64,000 nucleotides of DNA from Thermodesulfobacteriota bacterium. GTDB taxonomy: Bacteria > Desulfobacterota_D > UBA1144 > Nemesobacterales > Nemesobacteraceae. The position numbers were made by a program, and so were the translations under genes. Positions 54,273 to 64,000 of this stretch are shown here, one piece after another (positions within the stretch are counted from its first letter, which is position 1; each line of letters opens with the position of its first letter). The notes beneath the pieces are model-generated. The model did no database searches and was not told the DNA's origin. It worked only from the letters and a program-made list of their open reading frames with translations. The stretch is from assembly GCA_965202785.1 (NCBI GenBank), contig OZ241855.1:992001-1056000 (forward strand), given 5' to 3'.

Positions 54273-54815
54273 TTACTGACCGTGCGGTCGGGAACCAGTC
54301 GCGAGCCGTTCTCCTTTTCGCCAGCTCCAAGGCGCGACGAACTCCCCGGCCCACAGGCCGCGGCTGTTTTCGCGGGCTTCCTGCTCGGCGGAGACATAAC
54401 GGCCCGAGTAGCGCGCGTAGGCGAGAGCGTAGCCGTTTCGGACCATCCAGCCGTTTAGGTCGAGCTCATTTAGGTAGCAGATCCCGAGAAAGCGTCCGTA
54501 GCGGTCGCGCTTTGTTCCCTTGCACTTAATAGAGTTGCGCCCTATTTTGGTTCTGAGAGCCGCGGTTGAAACAATGCCGCAGTCATAGCCTTTTCCAGAT
54601 GCGTCTTTGCACCGCTGGTTCCACTCCGGCGCGTCGATTCCTTCAAGCCTGATCCGTTCCCCCGAAATTTTGACCGTATCGCCGTCTGTAACGTAAGGCT
54701 TACCCGTCAGGGTTCCGGCTTCCGCCGAAATCGGGCAAAGCAGCAGGAGAAGCGTTAAGCACAGTAATTGACAGAGCAATCTGGGATCGCACTTTGAATC
54801 AGGGGTCTTTTTCAT
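54273..54815 (-). CDS. Exported thermonuclease (SNase) family protein
   Basis: DGDT, IRLEGIDAPE, DRYGR, GLWAG. Confidence 0.9.
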   Translation of the reverse strand: MKKTPDSKCDPRLLCQLLCLTLLLLLCPISAEAGTLTGKPYVTDGDTVKISGERIRLEGIDAPEWNQRCKDASGKGYDCGIVSTAALRTKIGRNSIKCKGTKRDRYGRFLGICYLNELDLNGWMVRNGYALAYARYSGRYVSAEQEARENSRGLWAGEFVAPWSWRKGERLATGSRPHGQ

Positions 54816-54840
54816 TACGCACCCGACAGCTGGCGGTTTA

Positions 54841-55218
54841 TCACTGGGTGTTTCCGCCATCCCCGGCAAGCTTTTTCGCCGTCCTTCTTTTTCTTCTTTT
54901 TTTCTGTTTTATTATTTTCTGCGCTTTTTTTCTTTCCGCTGAGTCTTCTCCGTGAACCTGCGTTGCAATTTTCTCGGCGAGACTTCTCCTCGCGAGGAAT
55001 CTGTTAAGCGCTTGGGAGCGCTCCCTCATAACCTTTACGCTAATGCCGCTTGGACGGTGTCGCAAGTGAACGCAGGTGGCCAGCTTGTTTACATTCTGTC
55101 CGCCAGGTCCCGAAGATCTCGTGAAAGTTTCCTCGATATCTTCTTCTCTTATGCCAAGACGCTTCATTTCCCGCCAGAGCGCCGTTTGTTTTTCCTTTGA
55201 AACTCCGAAGCTTTTCAT
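54841..55218 (-). CDS. Short GGQ peptide-release-factor homolog (ArfB/C12orf65-like)
   Basis: FTRSSGPGGQNVNK, RHRPSGI, RSQALNR, basic C-terminal tail. Confidence 0.88.
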   Translation of the reverse strand: MKSFGVSKEKQTALWREMKRLGIREEDIEETFTRSSGPGGQNVNKLATCVHLRHRPSGISVKVMRERSQALNRFLARRSLAEKIATQVHGEDSAERKKAQKIIKQKKRRKRRTAKKLAGDGGNTQ

Positions 55219-55246
55219 GATGGTGGCACGGCGGGCCGAAGGCGGA

Positions 55247-55690
55247 TTATCTTACGATCAGTTTCAGAAAATCTGATACCGAGACGAGTCCCACGGGCTT
55301 TTCGTCCTCGACCACGACGACGCTGTGGACGCCAGTTCCGGCTAATTCTTCGAACACATCTTTTACCGATGCGTCCGGGCCGATGGATATGGCTGGGCTG
55401 CTCATTACTTCCTTCACTGTGATACGCCCGGCATCCTCGTATATCTTTTCAATTGCTCCTTGGTCAAACCACTGTCCGAAGAGTTCAAGGATTTCGGTTC
55501 TCGAGAAGGAGACCGTGGTTTTTTTGGCGACAAAGTCGCTTGCGGCTATGAATCCCGTGAGCGTTCCGTCGTCCTTAACCACCGGAAGCTGGTCGATTCT
55601 TAGTTCAAGCATCTTGCGCGCGCACCGCTCAAGGGAGTCGTTCTCGTTGGCGGTGACCGCGGGGCTGCTCATTATCTCCTTTACTTTCAT
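55247..55690 (-). CDS. Stand-alone CBS-pair protein
   Basis: Two repeats: MKVKEIMSSPA...LPVV and TVKEVMSSPA...VGLVSVSD; GAGG SD. Confidence 0.9.
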   Translation of the reverse strand: MKVKEIMSSPAVTANENDSLERCARKMLELRIDQLPVVKDDGTLTGFIAASDFVAKKTTVSFSRTEILELFGQWFDQGAIEKIYEDAGRITVKEVMSSPAISIGPDASVKDVFEELAGTGVHSVVVVEDEKPVGLVSVSDFLKLIVR

Positions 55691-55813
55691 CTGTGTATGG
55701 AAACCTCTTTTTTCAAACAGATTAAGGATAAGACAGCCGGGGATTTTTGCAAGGCGGATTGCGTCGGCTCCTTTTCTTGGAAACGCACTGATATGCGTAT
55801 ATAATTCCCCGCT

Positions 55814-56056
55814 GTGATGGAAACGCAGCGGATTCGCGAAATGATAGAGCAAGGCATTCAGGCGTCGTTTGTCGAAGTTGACGGGGACGGAACGCATTTT
55901 CAGGCGGTAGTCGTATCGGAGCAGTTCAGGGGCAAGCCTCCTATTGAGCGTCACAAGCTTGTTTACGCGGCGCTTGGAGACGCCATGGAATCCGAGATTC
56001 ATGCCATCTCGATAAAAACCTACACGGATGATCAGTGGGAGAAGCTTAAAAAGTAA
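55814..56056 (+). CDS. bolA: BolA/IbaG family protein
   Basis: GDGTHF, ERHKLVY, IHAISIKT. Confidence 0.93.
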   Translation: MMETQRIREMIEQGIQASFVEVDGDGTHFQAVVVSEQFRGKPPIERHKLVYAALGDAMESEIHAISIKTYTDDQWEKLKK

Positions 56057-56067
56057 GGAGCGGGACA

Positions 56068-56388
56068 ATGTCGGATATACAGAAAAAAATAGGGCGTCAG
56101 ATCGAAGAGAACCCTATTATCCTTTACATGAAGGGGTCAAAGGATGCGCCGCAGTGTGGTTTTTCGGCGCAGGTGGTAAACATTCTCAACTACTACAAGG
56201 TGGATTACGAAACCGTTGACGTTCTTTTGGATCCGGAGATCCGCCAGGGAATAAAGGACTACTCGCAGTGGCCGACGCTTCCGCAGCTCTACGTTAACGG
56301 CAATTTCATAGGCGGATGCGATATATGCACCGACATGCACGTAAACGGGGAGTTGGGGGAAATTCTCAAGGGAGATGCGGGGAGCTGA
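56068..56388 (+). CDS. grxD: Monothiol glutaredoxin
   Basis: MKG....PQCGFS, WPTLPQLY, GGCDI. Confidence 0.96.
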   Translation: MSDIQKKIGRQIEENPIILYMKGSKDAPQCGFSAQVVNILNYYKVDYETVDVLLDPEIRQGIKDYSQWPTLPQLYVNGNFIGGCDICTDMHVNGELGEILKGDAGS

Positions 56389-56485
56389 GGAGCTTTAGCG
56401 GTGGTGGCCGGTGGGTATTAACATTTTTTTGGGATTCGGTATAATTGCGTTTCCCTGATAATTTTTTCACCATTTTGGAGGTTCC

Positions 56486-56980
56486 ATGAAATCGAGACAC
56501 ACCATATCCATAACGGTAGATAATGAGGCCGGAGTACTCTCAAGAATCGCTGGGCTTTTCAGCGCGAGGGACTTTAACATAGAGAGCCTTAACGTTGCGG
56601 AAACCCAGGAACCGGGGACGTCCAGAATAACTCTGGTCACAACCGGCGACGAAGCCATAATTCAGCAGATAATAAAAAGGTTCAACAACATGGTCAACGT
56701 GATCAAGGTTGTCGACATGACCGAACTTGACCGCGTGGAAAGAGAGATGGTTCTCATCAAGGTTGATGCGAAGGCTGATTCCAAGCCGGAGATTCTGCGG
56801 ATCGCCGACATATTCCGGGCAAAGGTCGTCGACGTGTCTCCGAGATCCTACACGTTTGAGGTTACCGGGGATGAACAGAAAATTCAGGCGTTTGTTGAAC
56901 TTCAAAGACCTTTCGGGATAAAGGAAATCGCGAGAACGGGAACCGTCGCCATGTCCCGGGCGAACAAGAAGAGCAAGTAA
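56486..56980 (+). CDS. ilvN: Acetolactate synthase small subunit
   Basis: VDNEAGVLSRIAGLFSARDFNIESLNV, EREMVLIKV, EIARTG. Confidence 0.96.
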   Translation: MKSRHTISITVDNEAGVLSRIAGLFSARDFNIESLNVAETQEPGTSRITLVTTGDEAIIQQIIKRFNNMVNVIKVVDMTELDRVEREMVLIKVDAKADSKPEILRIADIFRAKVVDVSPRSYTFEVTGDEQKIQAFVELQRPFGIKEIARTGTVAMSRANKKSK

Positions 56981-56995
56981 AGGAGGATATAACCG

Positions 56996-58012
56996 GTGAA
57001 AGTTTACTACGATGAGGATATTGATTCGTCTAAGCTTAAGAAAAAGAAGATTACGATCATAGGCTACGGAAGCCAAGGTCACGCCCATGCCCAGAACCTG
57101 AGAGAAAGCGGACTCTCGGTTACGGTTGCGGACATTAAGGACAGTGCCAACTGGAAAAAGGCTAAGGATGCCGGTTTTAACGTGAAGTCGGTTTCCGCCG
57201 CTTCCAAATCCGCGGACATAGTGGTTATGCTGGCTCCGGACACTTACCAGCCGGCGATATACCATGAGCATGTCGAAAAGAACTTGGTTGCTGGAAACGC
57301 GCTTATGTTCAGTCACGGTTTTAATATTCACTACGGACAGATCAAACCGCCCGCGGACGTGGACGTGTTCATGGTCGCTCCCAAGGCCCCGGGCCACACG
57401 GTAAGGGACCAGTACGTCGGAGGCGCCGGCGTGCCGGGACTCGTTGCTGTTCACCAGAACCCTACGGGCAATGCTAAAGATCTCGCTCTTGCTTACGCTA
57501 GGGCCATCGGATGCTCGAGAGCGGGAGTTATAGAGACGACTTTTAAGGACGAGACGGAAACCGATCTTTTCGGGGAGCAGTCAGTTCTCTGCGGAGGGCT
57601 CACGGCCCTTATCCTGGCCGGGTACGAGACGCTTGTTGAGGCCGGTTATCCGCCCGAGATGGCTTATTTCGAGTGCTGCCACGAGGTAAAGCTTATAGTT
57701 GACCTCATATACGAGGGCGGGATAGCCAACATGCGTTACTCGGTGAGCGATACGGCCAAGTACGGAGACATAACCAGGGGCCCGAGGCTTATAAACGACT
57801 CCGTAAAACAGGAGATGAAAAAGATAATCGGGGAGATTCAGTCCGGACAGTTCGCCTCGGAATGGATACTTGAGAATCAGGCTGGAAGGCCTTCCTATAA
57901 CGCGCTTCTCAGGCAGGGTGAAGAGCATCCGATCGAAAAAGTCGGCGCCGAGCTCAGGGGGATGATGAGTTCGCTTTTCCAGAAGAAACTGGTCGATAAA
58001 GACAAGAATTGA
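56996..58012 (+). CDS. ilvC: Ketol-acid reductoisomerase
   Basis: [34 protein letters not shown]. Confidence 0.98.
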   Translation: MKVYYDEDIDSSKLKKKKITIIGYGSQGHAHAQNLRESGLSVTVADIKDSANWKKAKDAGFNVKSVSAASKSADIVVMLAPDTYQPAIYHEHVEKNLVAGNALMFSHGFNIHYGQIKPPADVDVFMVAPKAPGHTVRDQYVGGAGVPGLVAVHQNPTGNAKDLALAYARAIGCSRAGVIETTFKDETETDLFGEQSVLCGGLTALILAGYETLVEAGYPPEMAYFECCHEVKLIVDLIYEGGIANMRYSVSDTAKYGDITRGPRLINDSVKQEMKKIIGEIQSGQFASEWILENQAGRPSYNALLRQGEEHPIEKVGAELRGMMSSLFQKKLVDKDKN

Positions 58013-58659
58013 TGGATTTCCGGTTCGTGAGGGTCGCAAGCGAGGGACTCAGTATAATCTACGTTTCAGCCGCGCTTTGTATTCTCCTTGCGCTTCTGGG
58101 GTCTTTCTCTTTATTTTTAGTATTCTTCCTGCTTACCGCTTTTTCCGTCTTTTTTTTCAGGGATCCCGAAAGGGGGCTTCCTCCGCTTGAGCCCGGTTCC
58201 GTGATCTGTCCCGCGGACGGAAAAATAATAGATATCTCAGAGACCTTTGAAGACGACTATCTTAAGCGGAACACCCGAAGAATAAGCATTTTCCTCTCCA
58301 TCTTCGACTGCCATATAAACAGATTTCCCGTTTCCGGCAAGGTCGCCGGAACCACTTATTACCCCGGGGAATTCAAAATGGCCTTTGAGGGGGATTCGTC
58401 CGAGGCCAACGAGCGGCTTGCGACCCTGATTGAATGCGAGGACGGGGTCCGGGTGGTCATAGTTCAGGTGGCCGGTTTTCTCGCGAGAAGGATCGTATCG
58501 CGTGCGAAATTCGGCGACGTGTTGGAAATCGGGGAAAAATTCGGGATTATAAAGTTTGGTTCAAGGGTGGATGTTTACCTGCCCGAGGATGTGAAGGTGG
58601 GTGTTGAGGTGGGACAGAGAGTCGTGGCCGGCAGGACGATTATAGCATGGCTAACTTAA
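58009..58659 (+). CDS. psd: Phosphatidylserine decarboxylase (short type)
   Basis: FFRDPER, PADG, IFLS...HINR, NER, KFGSRVD self-cleavage site. Confidence 0.93.
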   Translation: MMDFRFVRVASEGLSIIYVSAALCILLALLGSFSLFLVFFLLTAFSVFFFRDPERGLPPLEPGSVICPADGKIIDISETFEDDYLKRNTRRISIFLSIFDCHINRFPVSGKVAGTTYYPGEFKMAFEGDSSEANERLATLIECEDGVRVVIVQVAGFLARRIVSRAKFGDVLEIGEKFGIIKFGSRVDVYLPEDVKVGVEVGQRVVAGRTIIAWLT

Positions 58660-59480
58660 GAAAAAAAAGAAGGAGAAGATCTCCCCGTCCGGGGAGGGTT
58701 ATCCCCCTGCTGCCAAGCATGCTCACGACTGTGGGCCTTGCGTTCGGGCTTGCGTCCATAGTGACTTCGATTTCCATTCACGGGGACCGTGCCTCGGCCG
58801 TAGTTTCTGAGGAATGGCTTTTTAATCGCTTCTGGTGGGCGGCGGGATTTATCGGCATGGCGGTACTTGTCGACATGCTTGACGGCAGAATAGCAAGAGC
58901 TCTTAACTCGGAGAGCCGCTTCGGCGCGTCCTATGATTCACTCTGCGATCTTGTATCGTTCGGGGTCGCTCCGGCGGTGCTTCTTTACGTTTGGGGGCTT
59001 TCGGAATACGGAAATCCGGGACTTATGGCGATGCTTTTCTACGTGGTTTGCGCAGCGCTCAGGCTTGCGCGTTTTAACGTGCAGTTTACGACCAAGGAAA
59101 AGCGCATGTTCACGGGTCTTCCGAGCCCTATGGCCGCGGGGCTTATTCTCTCTCCGATACTTCTTCTCTCCGAGTTTCAGATCATCGCTACGCCGCTTAT
59201 AAAATCTTTTTATCTTTTCTTCGTTCCTGTTGTGGGACTTGTCATGGTTAGCGAGGTTCCATACAGAAAGTTCCCGCGAATCGCCAGATTCGGACCTTTC
59301 AGCACTCTTGTTGCGGGTTCCATAATAATTGCGGCGCTTATTACCAATCCCGGAGTGATCGCGGTCGCTATAACTTACTGCTATTTTATCCTCGACCTCG
59401 GACGTTGTGCCTGGAAGCTGGCCGCAAAGGCTACATCTCGGGATAAAGAGTCAGAAGCCCTGGCTGGCGACGAGTCCTAG
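58647..59480 (+). CDS. pssA: CDP-diacylglycerol--serine O-phosphatidyltransferase
   Basis: DMLDGRIAR...FG..YDSLCDLVSFGVAPA, RLARFN, FTGLPSP. Confidence 0.93.
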   Translation: MANLRKKRRRRSPRPGRVIPLLPSMLTTVGLAFGLASIVTSISIHGDRASAVVSEEWLFNRFWWAAGFIGMAVLVDMLDGRIARALNSESRFGASYDSLCDLVSFGVAPAVLLYVWGLSEYGNPGLMAMLFYVVCAALRLARFNVQFTTKEKRMFTGLPSPMAAGLILSPILLLSEFQIIATPLIKSFYLFFVPVVGLVMVSEVPYRKFPRIARFGPFSTLVAGSIIIAALITNPGVIAVAITYCYFILDLGRCAWKLAAKATSRDKESEALAGDES

Positions 59481-59507
59481 GGGCTTTTCCTCTGGAGGCT
59501 GGAGTCG

Positions 59508-62177
59508 ATGAAAAGGGTTTTCAAATTACTTTTTTTGTTCATTCTGATTACGGGAGCAAGTCTTATGAGTTTAAATGCGCAGACCTTTGCGGGTGTCGAA
59601 GGAGCAACGAAATACAGTCTTTCTAACGGCATGACCGTGCTTCTTGAGAGAAACGACTCTTCTCCGGTTGTCGCCGTTAACGTGTGGGTGAAGACCGGAA
59701 GCGCGTGCGAGGTGGAGGGCGAGTACGGCCTTGCGCACGTGCACGAACACATGCTTTTCAAGGGGACGGAAAGAAGACAGGTCGGCGAGATAGCCGGGAT
59801 GGTCGAGGCAGGGGGCGGAGACATAAATGCGTTTACTTCCTTTGACCAGACGGTTTACTACATCGTAAGTGCACGGCGCTTTTTGCCTATGGCTCTTGAC
59901 GTGCTCTCAGACGTCATGGAGAACTCGACTTTTGACCCTGCAGAGCTTGAGAAGGAACTTGAGGTTGTCCAGGAAGAGATAAGAAGGGGAGAGGACTCTC
60001 CCTCAAGGGTGCTCAGCCAGAAGCTTTTCTCCACGGCCTACAGCGTTCATCCCTACGGAAGGCCCATAATAGGAAGCAAGCAGAGCGTGGGGAGCTTCAC
60101 CAGAGACGGAATACTGGATTTCTACAGAAAGTGGTATTCCCCGGACAACATGATTCTCGTTGTGGTTGGGGATTTTGATCCTGAGGGAATAAAGGACTCG
60201 GTGGCCCGGACTTTCGGAAAAATAAAGAAAAGAAAGACTCCTGAGTGCGAACTTCCCCCAGAGCCCGAGCAGAAACGCACGAGAACCTTCGTTATCGGCC
60301 GCGACGTAAGCACTGGCTACTTCAGTTTTGCCTTTCATACCCCCTCGGCAAGCCACGCCGACACTCCCGTTCTTGACGTTATAAGCGGCGTACTCGGCAC
60401 AGGGGAAAGCTCCAGGCTCTACAGAAAGCTAAAGGAGCAAAACGCCACCGTAAACGACATATACGCCTACGCTTACAGCCTCAAGGAAAACGGTCTTTTC
60501 TTCGTGGGCGGAGTACTTGATCCCGGGAAAGTGCAAAAAGCCTCAAAGGAGATAGTGGCGGAGATAGATCTTATAAAAAACGAACCCGTCGGGGCCGAGG
60601 AGCTTGCCCGCGCCAAAACTAACATAGAACGGGACTTCATCCGCGCCAAGGAAACAATGCAGGGACAGGCGAGAAAGCTCGGTTACTTCGAGCTTGAAAC
60701 GGGAGATTACGGCTACGAACGCCTCTACCTTGAGAGAGTGAGGAACGTGACCCCGGAGGACATATTGCGCGTGGCCGGAAAATACCTCGTGCAGAGAAAT
60801 CTCACCGCTGGAGTTCTGCTTCCAGAAGACAAAACCAAGGGGGTTGAGAAGGGCTTCAGAAAAGCCCTTGTTTTTCCCGGAGGGGCCAAGAAAGAAGAAA
60901 GGAAGAAAGTTTCCTCAACGCAGGCGGAGTTTAAGAAACACGAACTTTCAAACGGAATCCGGGTTCTTTTGAAACGCAATCCGGCCGTTCCGCTTTTCTC
61001 CGTTCACGCGGTTTTCCTGGGGGGCCTCAGGTATGAGGATGAAAACACAAACGGAATTTCGAACTTCATGTCCGGGATGTTTACCCGCGGCACCTCGAGC
61101 CGCTCCACAGAAGATATAGCCACTCAGATAGAAGGGCTTGGGGGAACGGTTGACGGCTTTTCTGGGAAAAACAGTGTCGGGGTGACTCTCTCAGCCTTAA
61201 GTGAGAACTTTGAAGGGGCAATGGACATTCTCTCGGACGTGATACTTAATCCTTCTTTTTCCGATGAGGAAATGGATAGGGAGAGAAGGGAAATTCTGGC
61301 CGCTTTGGAAAGACAGGAGGACAACCTCACGGGAAAGACGGTCAGGAATTTTCTAAAGACTCTTTTTCTGAAGCATCCTTACAGGTTCAACGTTCTGGGA
61401 ACCGAGGAAAACGTAGACAGGTTTGTCTCATCCGATGTCCGGAAGTTTTACAAAAAAGTCATAAGGCCCGAGAACATGGTCATCTCCGTTGCGGGCGACA
61501 TTGACGCGGAGAAAACTCTCGGGACTCTTGAAAAGCTGTTCGGTAGCATGAAGCGGGGAGGTTTCGAAAAGACCCGGCCGTCGCGTGAGTCAGCGCTCTC
61601 TGCCGCGAGGGAAACAGTCGAGTTTGAGAGAGACAAGGCCCAGACCCACATTATCGCGGGTTTTCACGCCCCGGGTTTTAAAAGCCGCGACCGCTATGCG
61701 TTCGAGGTGCTGAATTCGGTGCTCTCAGGTCAGGGAGGAAGGCTCTTCATTGAGCTTCGGGATAAAAAAAGCCTTGCCTATGCTGTTACCTCGTTCTACG
61801 TTCCCGGGATGGAAGGTGGCTATTTCGGCGTCTACATAGGAACTGCTCCGCAGAAGGAAAAAGAGGCGCTTGAATCGATAACGGAGCAGCTCCAGCTTGC
61901 CTTGGGTGGTGTCGGGGAGCAGGAGCTTGAGAGGGCGAAAAACTACATAGTCGGCAGCTTCGAGATAGGGCTTCAGAGAAATTCCGCCCAGGCGTCCACG
62001 GTCGGGTTTGACGAGCTTTACGGAATAGGCACTTACGAATACAGAAAGTTCCCGGAGAAAATACTTGCCGTGACTGCAGATGACGTAGCGAGGGTGGCCA
62101 GGAAGTACATAAATCCTGAGGCGGCCGCGGTTTCTATCCTGAGACCCGGGGAAGATTCCTCCGAGAAGGGGCAGTAG
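59508..62177 (+). CDS. M16 family zinc peptidase (fused two halves)
   Basis: GLAHVHEHMLFKGT (HxxEH), INAFTSFD, second half lacking metal ligands, RLFIELRDKKSLAY. Confidence 0.93.
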   Translation: MKRVFKLLFLFILITGASLMSLNAQTFAGVEGATKYSLSNGMTVLLERNDSSPVVAVNVWVKTGSACEVEGEYGLAHVHEHMLFKGTERRQVGEIAGMVEAGGGDINAFTSFDQTVYYIVSARRFLPMALDVLSDVMENSTFDPAELEKELEVVQEEIRRGEDSPSRVLSQKLFSTAYSVHPYGRPIIGSKQSVGSFTRDGILDFYRKWYSPDNMILVVVGDFDPEGIKDSVARTFGKIKKRKTPECELPPEPEQKRTRTFVIGRDVSTGYFSFAFHTPSASHADTPVLDVISGVLGTGESSRLYRKLKEQNATVNDIYAYAYSLKENGLFFVGGVLDPGKVQKASKEIVAEIDLIKNEPVGAEELARAKTNIERDFIRAKETMQGQARKLGYFELETGDYGYERLYLERVRNVTPEDILRVAGKYLVQRNLTAGVLLPEDKTKGVEKGFRKALVFPGGAKKEERKKVSSTQAEFKKHELSNGIRVLLKRNPAVPLFSVHAVFLGGLRYEDENTNGISNFMSGMFTRGTSSRSTEDIATQIEGLGGTVDGFSGKNSVGVTLSALSENFEGAMDILSDVILNPSFSDEEMDRERREILAALERQEDNLTGKTVRNFLKTLFLKHPYRFNVLGTEENVDRFVSSDVRKFYKKVIRPENMVISVAGDIDAEKTLGTLEKLFGSMKRGGFEKTRPSRESALSAARETVEFERDKAQTHIIAGFHAPGFKSRDRYAFEVLNSVLSGQGGRLFIELRDKKSLAYAVTSFYVPGMEGGYFGVYIGTAPQKEKEALESITEQLQLALGGVGEQELERAKNYIVGSFEIGLQRNSAQASTVGFDELYGIGTYEYRKFPEKILAVTADDVARVARKYINPEAAAVSILRPGEDSSEKGQ

Positions 62178-62196
62178 GGGGCTCGTTTTCCCCAAT

Positions 62197-63108
62197 TCAG
62201 AGAGCGGGGTTTGTTGTGCTTTCAGGCGGGGTATAAAGACGCGTCGTCGGGTAAGCGAGATCGATATCGGGATACTTTTCAAACTCAGTCAGTATCTCTT
62301 CCCAGATACCCTGTTCGGAGCCCCTTTTCTGTCTCGGGTTTATCATGTACCTCATCGAGAACAGAATTCCGCTGTCTCTTGTCGACATATAAACCGCCGG
62401 GGTGAGTTTTGAGAAATGTATCATATATCTCTCGGCGGCTAGGCGGAGTTGTTGTTCAGCCTGCGTTGAAGAGGATTCGATTTTTTCTTTCGCTACCTTC
62501 TCAAGAATTTCGCGGGTTTTTCTCCAGTCGCTCTCAAACGTTATGAGGACTTGTATCTCATTCCATATGTAGTTAAATGCGCCGTGGTAATTTGCGGTTC
62601 TCTCCTTTAGCACGTGGCTGTTGGGAATATGTATTATCCTTCCCGTGCTTTGTTCGGCTTCAACCCAGTTTCCGATCTCGACTATGCTGAACTGAAACAG
62701 CCTTAAGTCTATTACGTCTCCCTTGGTTTCTCCTATCTGTATGCGGTCCCCTATTACGAAGGGTTTTCTCCAGAGGATAAAGAACCAGCCGGCAATGTTG
62801 GCTATGGTTTCATGAAGGGCTATAGCCAGACCGGCACTTGCGATACCAAGGTAGGTTCCTACAGGGCCCAGGCCCTTTATCCACACGCTACCGACCAGTA
62901 TTATGGCAAGAAAGCCGTAGACGTACCCTATAATGCGTTTTGAGTAATAGATTGTCTTGGGATCTTTCGTGTTCTTGGTTATTAGTGAGATAAGAATTTT
63001 TCTGAGGAAGAACAGAATCGCCACTATTAGAATAGAAAGCAGCAGGTTTTCTATCTGCGTTTGGTAGGCGTTATGATATTCTTTGAAGTGAGTTGTCAGG
63101 TTTTCCAT
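62197..63108 (-). CDS. Small-conductance mechanosensitive channel (MscS family)
   Basis: 3 TM segments, GLAIAL, PFVIGDRIQIG, GRIIHIPNS, AYPT. Confidence 0.92.
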   Translation of the reverse strand: MENLTTHFKEYHNAYQTQIENLLLSILIVAILFFLRKILISLITKNTKDPKTIYYSKRIIGYVYGFLAIILVGSVWIKGLGPVGTYLGIASAGLAIALHETIANIAGWFFILWRKPFVIGDRIQIGETKGDVIDLRLFQFSIVEIGNWVEAEQSTGRIIHIPNSHVLKERTANYHGAFNYIWNEIQVLITFESDWRKTREILEKVAKEKIESSSTQAEQQLRLAAERYMIHFSKLTPAVYMSTRDSGILFSMRYMINPRQKRGSEQGIWEEILTEFEKYPDIDLAYPTTRLYTPPESTTNPAL

Positions 63109-63386
63109 AACTTCAAAAGTATACAATCTTGGCGGAGAGTTCAAAAAAGCGGGATTTTTTCAGGTGCCTCGACTGATAAGTACTTTGTCGCGCCCGTAAC
63201 AGCGTTCCACGTCACATGCAAGGGTTTTTCGCGCCGTCCCGGGAGCCCATTCTTCCCGCCGCGCGACTGTTTCCACTCTCTTTTTCCCTTTTACCGCACT
63301 CGACCCCCGGTTCTTCCAGCGTGAGAGAGTCTTGATTGAATGGTGTTGTGGGTTTCATTTATTTTCTTTTCTGTTATTCTGATTTC

Positions 63387-63460
63387 GGGCTGCTAGCTCA
63401 GTCTGGTAGAGCAGCTGACTCTTAATCAGTCGGTCGTGGGTTCGAATCCCTCGCAGCCCA
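63387..63460 (+). tRNA. tRNA-Lys(CTT)
   Basis: GGGCTGCTAGCTCAGTCTGGTAGAGCAGCTGACT-CTT-AATCAG...GTTCGAATCC...GCAGCCCA. Confidence 0.95.
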
Positions 63461-63531
63461 CTTCGTTTTGCGTCTTACGGCGCTGTCCGGAACCATGATT
63501 CTGGACCTTGCCGATTTTGAGACTTTAAAGG

Positions 63532-63613
63532 GCGAGAGTGGCGGAACAGGCAGACGCGCTAGATTTAGGATCTAGTACCTTAGGGTGTGAGGGTTCGACT
63601 CCCTCCTCTCGCA
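63532..63613 (+). tRNA. tRNA-Leu(TAG)
   Basis: GCGAGAGTGGCGGAA..GGCAGACGCGCTAGATT-TAG-GATCTAG, long variable arm, GTTCGACTCC..CTCTCGCA. Confidence 0.95.
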
Positions 63614-63641
63614 GAAACACGGTTTAGGTAATTGTGAAGGC

Positions 63642-64000
63642 ATGCGCCTGCTAGCGCTTTGTTTAGTCCTGCTTTTCTGTTCCTGCTCCCGCGGTGGGGA
63701 GACTCTCTACGAGAGGTCCTTTCATTCAATGGGCTCAACCGTAGAGCTCAAGTTCTATTCCCCGAGCGAGGAGCTTTTCCACCGTGTTGTTGACTCCTGC
63801 GTGGAGAGAACCAAGGAAATAGACCGGCTTTTCAGCAACTACAGGGACGACAGCGTTCTTACGGAGGTGAACAGAAATGCTGGGGTCCGTCCCGTCTCCG
63901 TCCCCGGGGAGTTTCTCCGTCTCGTGCGGACCTCGGTTAGGTACTCGGAACTTACCGACGGAGCTTTTGACATAACTATCGGCAGTCTTTTCGAACTCTG
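63642..64000 (+). CDS. apbE: FAD:protein FMN transferase, N-terminal part (runs off window)
   Basis: Own translation: MRLLALCLVLLFCSC...SMGSTV...FSNYRDDSVLTEVNRNAG...TDGAFDITIGSL. Confidence 0.9.
   Translation, partial: MRLLALCLVLLFCSCSRGGETLYERSFHSMGSTVELKFYSPSEELFHRVVDSCVERTKEIDRLFSNYRDDSVLTEVNRNAGVRPVSVPGEFLRLVRTSVRYSELTDGAFDITIGSLFEL

Noticed and set aside
55691-56068. N-terminal extension of the CBS ORF in the track (273 aa)
   Set aside because: Overlaps bolA antisense; the real start is the SD-preceded ATG at 55690
56540-57454. 304-aa minus-strand ORF
   Set aside because: Antisense to ilvN/ilvC; shadow ORF

Overview
This is a gene-dense bacterial chromosomal window with mostly housekeeping genes. 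Gene order (ilvN-ilvC-psd-pssA, zinc-ribbon-rnhA-rnpB, long-form pstCA with an OprP-type porin) suggests a diderm, Deltaproteobacteria/Dadabacteria-like organism; that assignment is inference. The first ~11.5 kb is a visibly more AT-rich accessory region: the end of a type I RM specificity subunit, then a mosaic surface-glycan locus (TylF/MycF and MycE-like O-methyltransferases, Wzx flippase, two GT4s, TupA-like ATP-grasp, LicC-like nucleotidyltransferase). It is followed by a complete pstSCAB-phoU/phoBR/porin cluster with TTAAC-type Pho boxes, trpFBA, nadE, birA, gltBD, tyrS, a higBA module, RNase P RNA, three tRNAs, a FecCD/BtuCDF-type ABC importer, bolA-grxD, ilvNC-psd-pssA, an M16 peptidase, mscS and a partial apbE. 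The most unusual element is at 32.6-35.4 kb. An ArgC homolog keeps its catalytic Cys but has lost the conserved substrate-binding motifs (HRH becomes DDQ). It is tightly coupled to an adenylate-forming ligase and an acyl carrier protein, and is preceded by a possibly leaderless Trp/Arg-containing 22-codon uORF. This may be an undescribed carrier-protein-dependent pathway. No CRISPR array, IS element or prophage was seen. All calls come from reading motifs by eye; no searches were run.
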